From contig JANLYQ010000014.1 of assembly GCA_031365725.1 (NCBI GenBank), positions 40,249 to 104,248 of the forward strand: a stretch of DNA of 64,000 bases, given 5' to 3'. Numbering within the stretch: the stretch's first letter is position 1; each line of letters opens with the position of its first letter. Positions 46,400 to 54,961 of this stretch are shown here, piece after piece. The notes below the pieces were generated by a model. That model did no database searches. It saw nothing but the letters and a program-made list of their open reading frames with translations, and was not told where the DNA came from. Source of the stretch: Sporichthyaceae bacterium (lineage in GTDB: Bacteria > Actinomycetota > Actinomycetes > JACCUZ01). A program made the translations under genes and the position numbers.

Positions 46400-46780
46400 G
46401 GCGTTCCCCTCGGGTTCCTACCTCGTCGAGCAAGGCGAAGCGGCGACGACGATGCACCTCCTGCTGTCCGGTCCGGAGATCCGGCGCGAGGACGAGGACG
46501 GGCAGGTGCGGGGCGTGGACAGAACCGGGCGCGGGGAGTTCGTCGGAGAGCAGGCATCGCCAGCGGGCGACCCCGCAACGCCGACGTGGTGGCCCTCGAC
46601 GACGTCACGAGCCTCACCTTCCTGCCCGCCGGGACACACCCCGTTGACGAGCATGAGGAGCCAGCCCGCCCCGCTTACACCAGGACACTCCCGTACGTGG
46701 ACCAGGTCACGCTCAGGTGAGCACGATGTTCCCTGAGCACATCGTGCAGGAGATGCTCGGGGGTCGCGTTCATCATCCAG
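46400..46780 (+). pseudogene. Fragmented cyclic-nucleotide-binding domain gene
   Basis: FPSGSYLVEQGEAATTMHLLLSG..GEFVGEQ / frameshift / GIASGRPRNADVVALDDVTSL; tail STMFPEHIVQEMLG. Confidence 0.6.
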
Positions 46781-46821
46781 GTCCGGCCGGGTCGGGACCT
46801 GTCCGCCTCGCTCCTGCACGA

Positions 46822-48495
46822 CTAGAAGACCCCGTCCTCGGTCGCGGGCGGAAGCCGTGCCGTGTCCCGCGCCCGGACATCGGCGACGGCATCGTGTCCC
46901 GCGGCGGCGCTCGCAGGGTAGCCGGTCACGGCTGTGAGGAAGGCTGCGCGTCGAAGGACAGCCACGAACAGCGTTGCCTCGCCGGACGCTCGGACTGTGG
47001 CGGTCCGGGGCACGTGGCCGAGCAGAGCGACGTCACCGAAGCCGGCGCCCCGGACCAGCGTGTTGACTGGTCGTCCGTCCCGCACCACCTCCGCACGGCC
47101 GGACAGGACCACGTAGTACCGATCGCCGCCCTCGCCCTGCTTGAAGACCACCTCGCCGGGCGCGTACTCAGCGCGCTCGAGGTCGGCCGCGAGCTGTTCG
47201 ACGGTCGTGGCGGGCAGCGCGCCGAGCATGGGGACCTCACGCAGGACCTCGATGTCGGCGTCCCGGACCCGCAGCTCGCCGTCGAGCCGCCGGAGCGCCG
47301 GGCGGCGCAGGGCCACGGCGGCGGGCGCGAGCAGGCCGACCGCGACCAGTGCGCCGCGCGGGCCGAGTGCCTCGACGGCGAGCGGGGCCGCAAGCCCGCC
47401 GAGGGCGACCCCGAGTGTCAGGACCGCTTCGAAGCCGGCGAACGTGCGGGCCAGCACGGCCTCGTCCGTCCGGCGGGCGAGGATGGTGAAGCCGGCGACG
47501 TCGATCAGGGAGTTGCCCACACCCACCAGGGCGAGCAGGCCGAGGGCCGCAGCCTCCGCGGGGACGACGCCGAGCAGCGACAGCGGCGCGCCGAACAAGG
47601 CGACCCCGATCCCGAACCAGGTGGCGAGTCCTCCGCGCCCGACGAGCGCCAGGGCGAACAAGGAGCCCAGCACTCCGCCGGCACCGACGGCTGAGCTCAG
47701 GATGCCGACGCCAGGTTCGCCAGTGTCTACCAGCTCGAACGCGATGACGGCTATGAGCACGGTCACGCACCCACGGGTGAATGTCTGCACCACCCCGAGG
47801 GTGGTGACCAGCGCCAGGTCTCGGTTGCCGGCGATCGTCGCGAACCCTTGGACGAGGGACCGGGCCACCGGGATGCGTGCGGACCTCGCCCGTGGTGGGG
47901 CGTCGTACGGGAGGGCCACGACGACCAGCCCGCCGAGCAGCGACATGACAGAGGACACAGCGAAGACCGCCGCGGCTCCGCTCGTCGCGAGGATCGCGCT
48001 GGCGGCCACCGGTCCGCCCAGCGCCGCCAGCGAGTCCAGCATCCCGCGGACCGCGTTTGCGCTGGTCAGGTCGCGCGGGGAGTTCGCCAGGGCGGGGAGC
48101 AGGGCTGAGTGGGCCGGCCGGTACAGCGCCAGCGCGGCCGTCGCGACAGCCGCACAGCTGTAGATCGCCACCGGCGGCCCGTCCGCCACAGTCACGACGG
48201 CGGTGCCGGCCAGCGCCATCGCCCGCACGATCCCGATGGCGATCAGCACCACCTCGCGGCGGACCCGGTCTGCCGTGGTGGCCAGGAAGGGCGTCAGAAG
48301 CGCCGCCGTCGCCATGCGGACAGCGGTAACGACGCCGACCGCGGCGACGCCGCCATTGCGGAACGCCACGACCGCGAGCGCCACCATGAACGCGCTCTCC
48401 CCGGTCCACATCAAGGCGAACGAGATTTGGGCTCGGCGTAGTGGCTTTCCCGCCACCGCCGACGAGCTCAGGCGAGTCGTGCGATCGCGAACCAC
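46822..48495 (-). CDS. MFS transporter fused to a C-terminal cNMP-binding domain
   Basis: About 12 TM segments, ADRVRR, RPAHSALLP; cNMP domain PGEVVFKQGEGGDRYYVV..FGDVALL..PRTATV. Confidence 0.88.
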   Translation of the reverse strand: MVRDRTTRLSSSAVAGKPLRRAQISFALMWTGESAFMVALAVVAFRNGGVAAVGVVTAVRMATAALLTPFLATTADRVRREVVLIAIGIVRAMALAGTAVVTVADGPPVAIYSCAAVATAALALYRPAHSALLPALANSPRDLTSANAVRGMLDSLAALGGPVAASAILATSGAAAVFAVSSVMSLLGGLVVVALPYDAPPRARSARIPVARSLVQGFATIAGNRDLALVTTLGVVQTFTRGCVTVLIAVIAFELVDTGEPGVGILSSAVGAGGVLGSLFALALVGRGGLATWFGIGVALFGAPLSLLGVVPAEAAALGLLALVGVGNSLIDVAGFTILARRTDEAVLARTFAGFEAVLTLGVALGGLAAPLAVEALGPRGALVAVGLLAPAAVALRRPALRRLDGELRVRDADIEVLREVPMLGALPATTVEQLAADLERAEYAPGEVVFKQGEGGDRYYVVLSGRAEVVRDGRPVNTLVRGAGFGDVALLGHVPRTATVRASGEATLFVAVLRRAAFLTAVTGYPASAAAGHDAVADVRARDTARLPPATEDGVF

Positions 48496-48651
48496 GGCAC
48501 AAGAGCGTGCCGCACGGAGCGCGGAGGCGCCAGAACCGAAGACATCTCGGCCGCTCGCACCGCCGCCCGAGCAGCACCCCGAAGATGACGGGGACCTGTC
48601 AGCCCAGCGCGAGGAGCCCCCGCCCCAAGACGTACTTCGGAGTGAGCTCCG

Positions 48652-49323
48652 CTATCGGCCCGGACTGGCACCATTGATGCCTCGGGCGCGTGCAGATCGT
48701 GTTGGCAGGCCAAAGTCGCGGACCAGTGTGGCGCTGACGAGCTGACGCAGGACGCGGAGCTGGGCCCGCATGGGCTCTGCGGAGCGCAGGCTGCGACACA
48801 TCAGGTAGCCGCCCTCGAAGGTTGCGAACAGGTGGTCGGCCAACTCGTCGGGTTCTATGCATCGGCCGGCGGCGGTCGTGGCGAGCGCCGGCCGTAGCAG
48901 CGTGACGAACTCGACGCGCCACGTGAGAATGGCGCGCTCTACGGCGACCGCAGTGGCGTCGTCCAGCAGGTCCCGCTCGGTCAGTACAGGGATGTAGAGG
49001 CAGCCCGAGTCCTTTGAGACCAGCTCCTGGGCCCAGCATTCGTAGAAGCCGAGAAATCCGAGTACGCGATCGACCGGATCCTCGACGTTGGCGACCGAGT
49101 CCAGCCCCTGGGCCAGCAGGGCCAGGTCGACGTCGACGTACCTCTCAACCAGCGCACGCGCTAGTGCCTTCTTCGACTCGAAGTGATGGAAGAAGGCGCC
49201 CTTGCTGGTGCGCGCCTCCGCCAGGATCTGATCGACGGACGTGGCGCCAAACCCGTTGCGCTCCACGAGCATTTCGGCCGCGTCGAGGATCCGTCTCCGC
49301 GTCGCGGACCCATCTCTCGGCAC
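48652..49323 (-). CDS. TetR family transcriptional regulator
   Basis: TRRRILDAA..GFGATSVDQI..SKGAFFHHFESKKAL, SGCLY; TACAAT 6 nt before GTG (leaderless). Confidence 0.9.
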   Translation of the reverse strand: MPRDGSATRRRILDAAEMLVERNGFGATSVDQILAEARTSKGAFFHHFESKKALARALVERYVDVDLALLAQGLDSVANVEDPVDRVLGFLGFYECWAQELVSKDSGCLYIPVLTERDLLDDATAVAVERAILTWRVEFVTLLRPALATTAAGRCIEPDELADHLFATFEGGYLMCRSLRSAEPMRAQLRVLRQLVSATLVRDFGLPTRSARARGINGASPGR

Positions 49324-49339
49324 GTTCCCATTGTATGAG

Positions 49340-49376
49340 ACCAGACGGTCTGGTAAAACAAACCAAACAGTCTGGT
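49340..49376. promoter_or_regulatory. Tandem palindromic TetR operators
   Basis: ACCAGAC-G-GTCTGGT (49340-49354, perfect) and ACCAAAC-A-GTCTGGT (49362-49376), 22 bp apart in the divergent promoter region. Confidence 0.75.
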
Positions 49377-49389
49377 ACTAGGAGGCAGC

Positions 49390-50301
49390 ATGCTCAACTG
49401 GGTGACTGACGGAGGTCTCGAGACCAACCTGCTGTTCCACCACCGGATCGACCTGCCGGAGTTTGCCGCATTCCCCCTTGTGGACGATCCCGCCACGGCG
49501 CAGGTTCTCATCGATTACTACCGCGACTACGCCGACATCGCGAACTCAGTCGGTGTCGGGCTGCTGCTGGAGACACCCACCTGGCGGGCCAACCCCGACT
49601 GGGCCCACAAGCTCGGGTACGACGTAGCCGCGCTCGACCGCGTCAACCGCGCCGCCGTCGAGCTCGTCCGCCAAGCGGCGCCGGAGACCGCCCGCGCGCG
49701 GATCTCGGGCGTGGTAGGCCCACGAGGCGACGGGTACGTCGCCGCCGGAACGTCCGCCGATGCCGCAGCTGACTACCACCTGACCCAGATCACGTCCTTC
49801 GCCGCCGCAGGCGTCGACGTCATCCACGCGATGACAATCAACGAGCCGGCCGAGGCGATCGGAGTAGTGCGCGCCGCCCGGAGCGCTGGGCTGCCCGTGG
49901 GCGTGTCGTTCACCGTCGAGACCGACGGCAAGCTCTCGGACGGCACATCCCTCGGTCGGGCCGTCGAGCAGGTCGACGCCGACGCCGCGCCTGACTGGTT
50001 TGGCATTAACTGCGCCCACCCCGCGCACGTGTTCAACGCCCTCGACGGCGGCGCCTGGCAGGGACGGCTCCGGACCTTCCGGCCGAACGCCTCGACGCTC
50101 ACCCACGAGGAGCTCGACGCCATGGAGGTGCTCGACGAGGGCGACCGCGACCTACTGTGCGACAGCACCTTGGACCTGCTCGCGGCACTGCCCTCACTCA
50201 CCACGCTCGGCGGATGCTGCGGCACCGACGCCACCCACGTCGCGGCCCTCTGGAAGGCAGCCACAGCCCGATCTGCCAAGAACGCTGATCACTCGGCCTA
50301 G
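49390..50301 (+). CDS. Homocysteine S-methyltransferase family protein
   Basis: TDGGLET, GPRGDGY, GINCAHP, GGCCGTD zinc ligands; AGGAGG RBS. Confidence 0.9.
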   Translation: MLNWVTDGGLETNLLFHHRIDLPEFAAFPLVDDPATAQVLIDYYRDYADIANSVGVGLLLETPTWRANPDWAHKLGYDVAALDRVNRAAVELVRQAAPETARARISGVVGPRGDGYVAAGTSADAAADYHLTQITSFAAAGVDVIHAMTINEPAEAIGVVRAARSAGLPVGVSFTVETDGKLSDGTSLGRAVEQVDADAAPDWFGINCAHPAHVFNALDGGAWQGRLRTFRPNASTLTHEELDAMEVLDEGDRDLLCDSTLDLLAALPSLTTLGGCCGTDATHVAALWKAATARSAKNADHSA

Positions 50302-50393
50302 CGTTCGGGCGTAGCTGCGCGAAGGCCAGCTCCGATACGGCGACGGCTGATACGTGCGACTAGCACCAGCCATTCCCACCGGGCGGACCCTGG

Positions 50394-50427
50394 TTGATGC
50401 GGCGGTTGAATCAGATAATCTGCGTAG
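50394..50427 (+). promoter_or_regulatory. Putative toxin-antitoxin promoter with operator palindrome
   Basis: TTGATG-N16-TAATCT, ATG 6 nt later; CAGAT-A-ATCTG palindrome at 50412-50422 overlaps the -10. Confidence 0.5.
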
Positions 50428-50678
50428 ATGAAGGAGGTCACCGCTACAGAGGCGGCAAGGGGTTTCTCGGCCTTGCTGACTGCCGTCGAGAAGGATGGCG
50501 AGACCTTCTTTGTCACGCGGGGCGGCCGAGTCATTGCTCGCATCGAGCCGGCGGCAGGCACCTTAGGGCGGCCGTGAAGGCACTACTCGGGCACTTCCGG
50601 CCAGATGAAGCCTGGATCACCGATCTCACCGAGGTGCGCGAGCTGTTGACGACGCAGGACCGTCCATGGGCCGCCTGA
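50428..50678 (+). pseudogene. Phd/YefM antitoxin, frameshifted at ~50566-50570
   Basis: MKEVTATEAARGFSALLTAVEKDGETFFVTRGGRVIARIEP stops at 50575-50577; the apparent C-terminus AAVKALL..PDEAWITDL..RPWAA continues in another frame up to the toxin start. Confidence 0.75.
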
Positions 50679-51442
50679 TCCTCGACACGACGGTGCTCAT
50701 CGACGCCGAGCGCCAAAGACGGCATCTGCATCGCCTGATCGCGGACGAGGACGATGTGGCGATCGCTGCCATCACCGCGGCGGAGCTTCTCGTCGGTGTC
50801 GAACTCGCGGACGACCAACGGCGGCAGTCGCGGTCGACCTCCGTGCGCAGTGTTCTGGAGACCATCCCGATCGAGGACTACGACATCCACGTAGCCCGGA
50901 CCCACACGGCGCTGCTCGCCCACGTACGACGCACTACTAGACCCCGCGGGGCGCACGACCTGATCATCGCCGCGACGGCCGCAACCAGCGACCGTCTCGT
51001 CGTCTCGACGGATAGCTCCGCCTTCGTCGAGCTGCCAGGCGTTGCACTCCGTCCCTACCCAGCCCACGGTCTGGCCGTGCGGTCAACGCAGGTTCGCCGC
51101 CGCTGCTGCGCTTGGCCGTGTCTCTCGATCTCGCTGGGTGGTTGCTGGGGCGGTGGATGTCTGGGCGGCGCCGGGGAACCGGCTTCCGGCTGTGGCGGGA
51201 GGAGCGGCGATGACAGAGCCGCGGTTGTCCAGGCGGCCCGATGGGCGAGGATGTCGCCGTGGAAGATCCGCCTCTTCTGTACCTGGCACCTATCGATCAG
51301 AGCAATTGGCGGGCCGCCGTTGCCGTGCACGTGTCCCCTGACCAGGTCCGGCTCGTCGCTGGCCATCAACCAGTCGCTCTGGTTATCCTGTCCAAGGCCT
51401 ACGTGCGATCGGGTGACCTCGACTGGGAGCCGCTCGCCTTGA
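50666..51442 (+). CDS. vapC: VapC PIN-domain toxin (core ends ~51058; ORF reads on another ~125 codons)
   Basis: LILDTTVLID, TAAELL, AHDLIIAATA, VSTD..F..LPGV; apparent lost stop (TAC at 51056). Confidence 0.8.
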   Translation: MGRLILDTTVLIDAERQRRHLHRLIADEDDVAIAAITAAELLVGVELADDQRRQSRSTSVRSVLETIPIEDYDIHVARTHTALLAHVRRTTRPRGAHDLIIAATAATSDRLVVSTDSSAFVELPGVALRPYPAHGLAVRSTQVRRRCCAWPCLSISLGGCWGGGCLGGAGEPASGCGGRSGDDRAAVVQAARWARMSPWKIRLFCTWHLSIRAIGGPPLPCTCPLTRSGSSLAINQSLWLSCPRPTCDRVTSTGSRSP

Positions 51443-51735
51443 CCAAGCAGGGTTCCGTGGTCGGAGTAGTCGCTCTCGCACACGCTCAGGCACACACACA
51501 GTTGCTGCACCTGGCGATTGACGCGTCGATGCAGGGGCGAGGAGTTGGGTCGGCGGCGGTGGAGCTGCTGATTGCGCACATCTGTGAGACGCGACCGAGC
51601 TCGCGACAGGTTCACCTCACTGTGCACCCCGACAACTCACGCGCGCAGCACCTGTATCGGAGCCACGGCTTCTCGCCGACCGGGCAAGTCCGCGACGGCG
51701 AGCTGATGTGGTCGCTGGACCTCAACCGCGAATAG
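51241..51735 (+). CDS. GNAT N-acetyltransferase (polyamine acetyltransferase-like)
   Basis: IDQSNWRA..VSPDQ..VA, IDASMQGRGVGS, VHPDNSRAQHLYRSHGF. Confidence 0.85.
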   Translation: MGEDVAVEDPPLLYLAPIDQSNWRAAVAVHVSPDQVRLVAGHQPVALVILSKAYVRSGDLDWEPLALTKQGSVVGVVALAHAQAHTQLLHLAIDASMQGRGVGSAAVELLIAHICETRPSSRQVHLTVHPDNSRAQHLYRSHGFSPTGQVRDGELMWSLDLNRE

Positions 51736-51797
51736 GTGCCACACCCCGCTCCTCGGCCAGTCCTTGCTGTGGGACCGATCGGTAGTCAGCTCCGCCG

Positions 51798-52208
51798 CTA
51801 GGGTGCAGTCATCGGCAATGCGTCGATGTTCTTGAGCGCCGCATGCACGGCCAGGAAGCACTGATGCCCAGCCGGCGTCCCGCAGTAGGACGTCGCATGG
51901 ATCAGGATCTCCTTGATCTCATCCACAGTGAACCCATTCCTGAACGCGCCCTGGGCGTAGATGCCGAGTTCTTGATGGCGACCCAGTCCCGCCAGGATGC
52001 CCAGTGTGACGAGGAATCGACTCCTCCGATCAAGTCCAGGTCGGCTCCAGGCGTAACCCCACGCCATCTCGGTCACCGCGTCCTGAAAGGCCATCATAAA
52101 GTCGTCGGAGCTGGCGAGATTCGCCTCGACGTACTCGTGGCCAAGAACGTCTCGTCGTGTGTCGAGGCCGGTCGAATGAAGCTCTGAACGGGGACCGTTG
52201 TTGCTCAT
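51798..52208 (-). CDS. Carboxymuconolactone decarboxylase family protein
   Basis: GLDTRRDVLGHEYV, AWGYAWSRPGLDRRSR, EIKEILIH..YCGTPA. Confidence 0.88.
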   Translation of the reverse strand: MSNNGPRSELHSTGLDTRRDVLGHEYVEANLASSDDFMMAFQDAVTEMAWGYAWSRPGLDRRSRFLVTLGILAGLGRHQELGIYAQGAFRNGFTVDEIKEILIHATSYCGTPAGHQCFLAVHAALKNIDALPMTAP

Positions 52209-52342
52209 GGCTACCTCTTCGATCTGGTCGCTCTGACCTGAGCGCCGCCCAGACGAACGTCGCACTCCGCGGAAGTTCGGTCAAGGCGCACGCTCTGCAA
52301 CATCGCTGTGAGTGCGCGTGAAGAGCCAGAGCCAGACGCAGG

Positions 52343-52684
52343 AGAGTCCCCTGGGGTGGTGGGGCTTGAGGTCGTACGGCGGGGCGGCGTGAAGCCTTGT
52401 CCCAGTCTGCCCTGTCCGGGTTGCTCGAGGCGTTCCGCACCGGCGATGGCGTGGAAATGATCCGCGAGTCGGTCCGCACCGTGCTGCAGGAGCTCGTCGA
52501 GTTCGAAGCCGCCGGTGTGATCGGCGCCGGACGCTACGAGCGCACCGAGGACCGCGTCACCGAACGCAGCCGAACCCGGCCCAAGCTGCTGGCGACCAAG
52601 GCCGGTGACGTGGAGTTGCGGAACCCCAAGCTGCGGAAGGGCTCGTACTTCCCCTCCATCCTGGAGCGGCGCCGCCGCATCTGA
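52343..52684 (+). mobile_element. IS256-family transposase 5' remnant
   Basis: LSQSALSGLLEAFR..LQELVEFEA..IGAGRYERT..R..L.TKAGDVEL..PKLRKGSYFPSILERRRRI, truncated at ~95 aa; possible left end near 52343. Confidence 0.8.
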
Positions 52685-52856
52685 TAGCCGGCCCTCTCGA
52701 CTGGAGACAACTGGTGCGACGCGCCTTGGATGCCTTCGGCATCGGACGTCTGGCCGACAGAACGTTAGCTGCGTTGGCCGCCGTGAAACGACCCCAGCGG
52801 AAGGCAGCCTGCGACGGGTAGGCGCTGTCCCTATCGCCGCGGACGGACCTGCAACC

Positions 52857-53837
52857 TCAGGCGACTGCCGGGGCCGGTGCGACTGAGGCCGCGTGCGGGA
52901 GCAGAGTGTTCTGCGCTATCGCCACGAGAGTACGGGTCGCGATAGCGCCGACCAGCATCGTGATGGCAGCAAGGAGCAAAGAACTCCAGACCCTCTCGCC
53001 AGGAGGGTGTTCGGCGGCGATCCAGAACAGACCGGCCGAGGCCACGGCAGCCCAGGAGAAGGTGAAAGCCCACGTGCCGAGGGAAAATGGCTGGGCGAGG
53101 TACCGCGGCAACAGCGGGAGCTGTGCTGCCACCATCAGGAGCCCGTAGCCGGCCAGCAGGGCAAGGGGAGTGGTGACACGCCCGCCGGAGGAGAAGAACA
53201 GCGCCAGGCTGGCTACGGCAGCGGGCGCCACCTCGATCGCCATCGTCGGCACGAGGGCATCAGGCACCGGCGGGCGGAACATGAGGCGGCCAAGGATCAT
53301 CGAGCCCACGATCGTCCAGCAGACGAGACCCAGGCCGAACATCATCTCGGAGAGACGCACCTGCCCCACCTCGGCAGCGGCTGCCGAGGCGATGAACCCG
53401 CCGGCAACCGTGGGCAGGAAGTACCCCGGGTGGAGTCGGTCGAGCTCCGTCCCCCCACGCATCCAGAACCCGGTGAATGAGCCCCCCACGGCCACCACCC
53501 CAACGACCAGAATGTCGACGAGGACCCGGGCGAGCTGAGGTGCGTACGGGCCGAGGCCGTCGACGACCAGGAGCAGCGGAACGATGATCCCTAGCGAAGC
53601 AAAGGGACCGGCCGTCATGTCCTGGACGTCGCGCGCGAGGCTCCCTCCCCCCGCCGTGATGTAGCGGACGTAGAGCACCAACGAGATCGCCCACACGGCG
53701 GTTGCTAACAGAGCGATGACGGTTGCCACGGCGCCGGGCGCGAGCCCGAGGCTGTCGGCCACACGCCACGTGGTGGCCAGACCGGCCAGACCGAACCCCG
53801 CGCCAAAGATGTTCAGCGGCACTCGGGCGTGGGTCAT
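52857..53837 (-). CDS. TDT/SLAC1 family (TehA-like) transporter
   Basis: PLNIFGAGFGLAGL, HPGYFLPTVAGG, PTMAIEVAP, FSLGTWAFTF. Confidence 0.88.
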   Translation of the reverse strand: MTHARVPLNIFGAGFGLAGLATTWRVADSLGLAPGAVATVIALLATAVWAISLVLYVRYITAGGGSLARDVQDMTAGPFASLGIIVPLLLVVDGLGPYAPQLARVLVDILVVGVVAVGGSFTGFWMRGGTELDRLHPGYFLPTVAGGFIASAAAAEVGQVRLSEMMFGLGLVCWTIVGSMILGRLMFRPPVPDALVPTMAIEVAPAAVASLALFFSSGGRVTTPLALLAGYGLLMVAAQLPLLPRYLAQPFSLGTWAFTFSWAAVASAGLFWIAAEHPPGERVWSSLLLAAITMLVGAIATRTLVAIAQNTLLPHAASVAPAPAVA

Positions 53838-54307
53838 GGTTGCTCGTGGCGGTTGCCGGACAGTGGACCCTGCTTCTCGCGATGCTGCGCGAGCTGCAGC
53901 CGAGTGCCAATCAGCGAGCGACGCCTGGACAGGGAAGTGCCTGACGCAGCAGCCGTCCGCCGGTGCCACAGGGAGCTGCACAGCCACACAATCGCCGCGA
54001 TGGCCAACGCTTGGACCGCGACGTTGACGAGGGTGGGAAGCATCGCCTCTCGGACCAGGTGACGGAAGGTGGGCGCAGAGAACGTGGTGGGGTAGTCGAC
54101 CGGGTTCGGGTGAACTGCGCTCGTGGGCAGCGTCAACAGGTTGGTGAAGAGATACGGCGAGAACGAGTCCGTGAAGGTCCGGCGTCCGATCTTCGCCATC
54201 TCACTGACGTACTCGGCGACCGTCACGAGGAGCACTCCGGCGGCGTAGGTTCCGGCAACGGCACCTGGCCAGAACCGTCGAGACGACCGACTCGCGAAGC
54301 GCTTCAC
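53834..54307 (-). CDS. Hypothetical membrane protein
   Basis: Two or three hydrophobic segments (AVAGTYAAGVLLVTVA; LVNVAVQALAIAAIVWL); ATGA overlap with the TDT gene. Confidence 0.45.
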   Translation of the reverse strand: MKRFASRSSRRFWPGAVAGTYAAGVLLVTVAEYVSEMAKIGRRTFTDSFSPYLFTNLLTLPTSAVHPNPVDYPTTFSAPTFRHLVREAMLPTLVNVAVQALAIAAIVWLCSSLWHRRTAAASGTSLSRRRSLIGTRLQLAQHREKQGPLSGNRHEQP

Positions 54308-54571
54308 CGCAGGACGACCCGAAGAGCCCTGCGACCTTGGTGGACGTCGTCGACAAGTCGCATCAGCTGTGCTCCTGTGTTGGATGGTCCCGGTCCTGCG
54401 GGATGACTCCTCACACTCTCCGACCGGCTCGTCCCGCGCATCGGTCGAACGACTGTCGTGCTGGGCGACGGAGCGACATCTCACTGATGTGCGTCGTCCC
54501 GACATGCGGCAGTGTCGATGCCGTCGGCCGTTACCGGTCGATCCCCCTACTGCATCTCGAAGGAGCCTTCC

Positions 54572-54961
54572 ATGCCACCGAGCACTGACCTGATCGACCG
54601 ATACTTCGAAGCTGACCGCACCCATGATGTGGACGCCCTCGTCGGACTTTTCACGCCAGCGGGCGTGGTCGTCGACGACGGCAAGACTCATCGAGGCAGT
54701 CTCGAGATCCGCGCCTGGCGAGATACGGCGACGTCGCAGTACCTGTACACGACGACCCAGGTCGAGCGCCAGCCATCTGGGGACACCGGGGCGATCGTCA
54801 CCGCACGGCTTAAGGGCAACTTCCCCGGTGGCACCGTGGACCTACGGTTCGCCTTTCAGGTTGCCGACGCACTGATCACCCACCTGACCATCGCGCCGAC
54901 GGACACCCCGACCAACGTTACGGACGACGCGGGTCCAGCGACACCGGATGCGCCGAAGTAG
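54572..54961 (+). CDS. SnoaL-like / NTF2 family protein
   Basis: IDRYFEA..FTPAGVVVDDGKTHRG..I..W..GNFPGGTVDLRFAF..ITHLTI; GAAGGAG RBS. Confidence 0.85.
   Translation: MPPSTDLIDRYFEADRTHDVDALVGLFTPAGVVVDDGKTHRGSLEIRAWRDTATSQYLYTTTQVERQPSGDTGAIVTARLKGNFPGGTVDLRFAFQVADALITHLTIAPTDTPTNVTDDAGPATPDAPK

Noticed and set aside
54304-54363. 19-aa minus-strand ORF MRLVDDVHQGRRALRVVLR with AGGAG RBS and GTGA overlap
   Set aside because: Too short to support; may be a deletion scar of a former divergent gene
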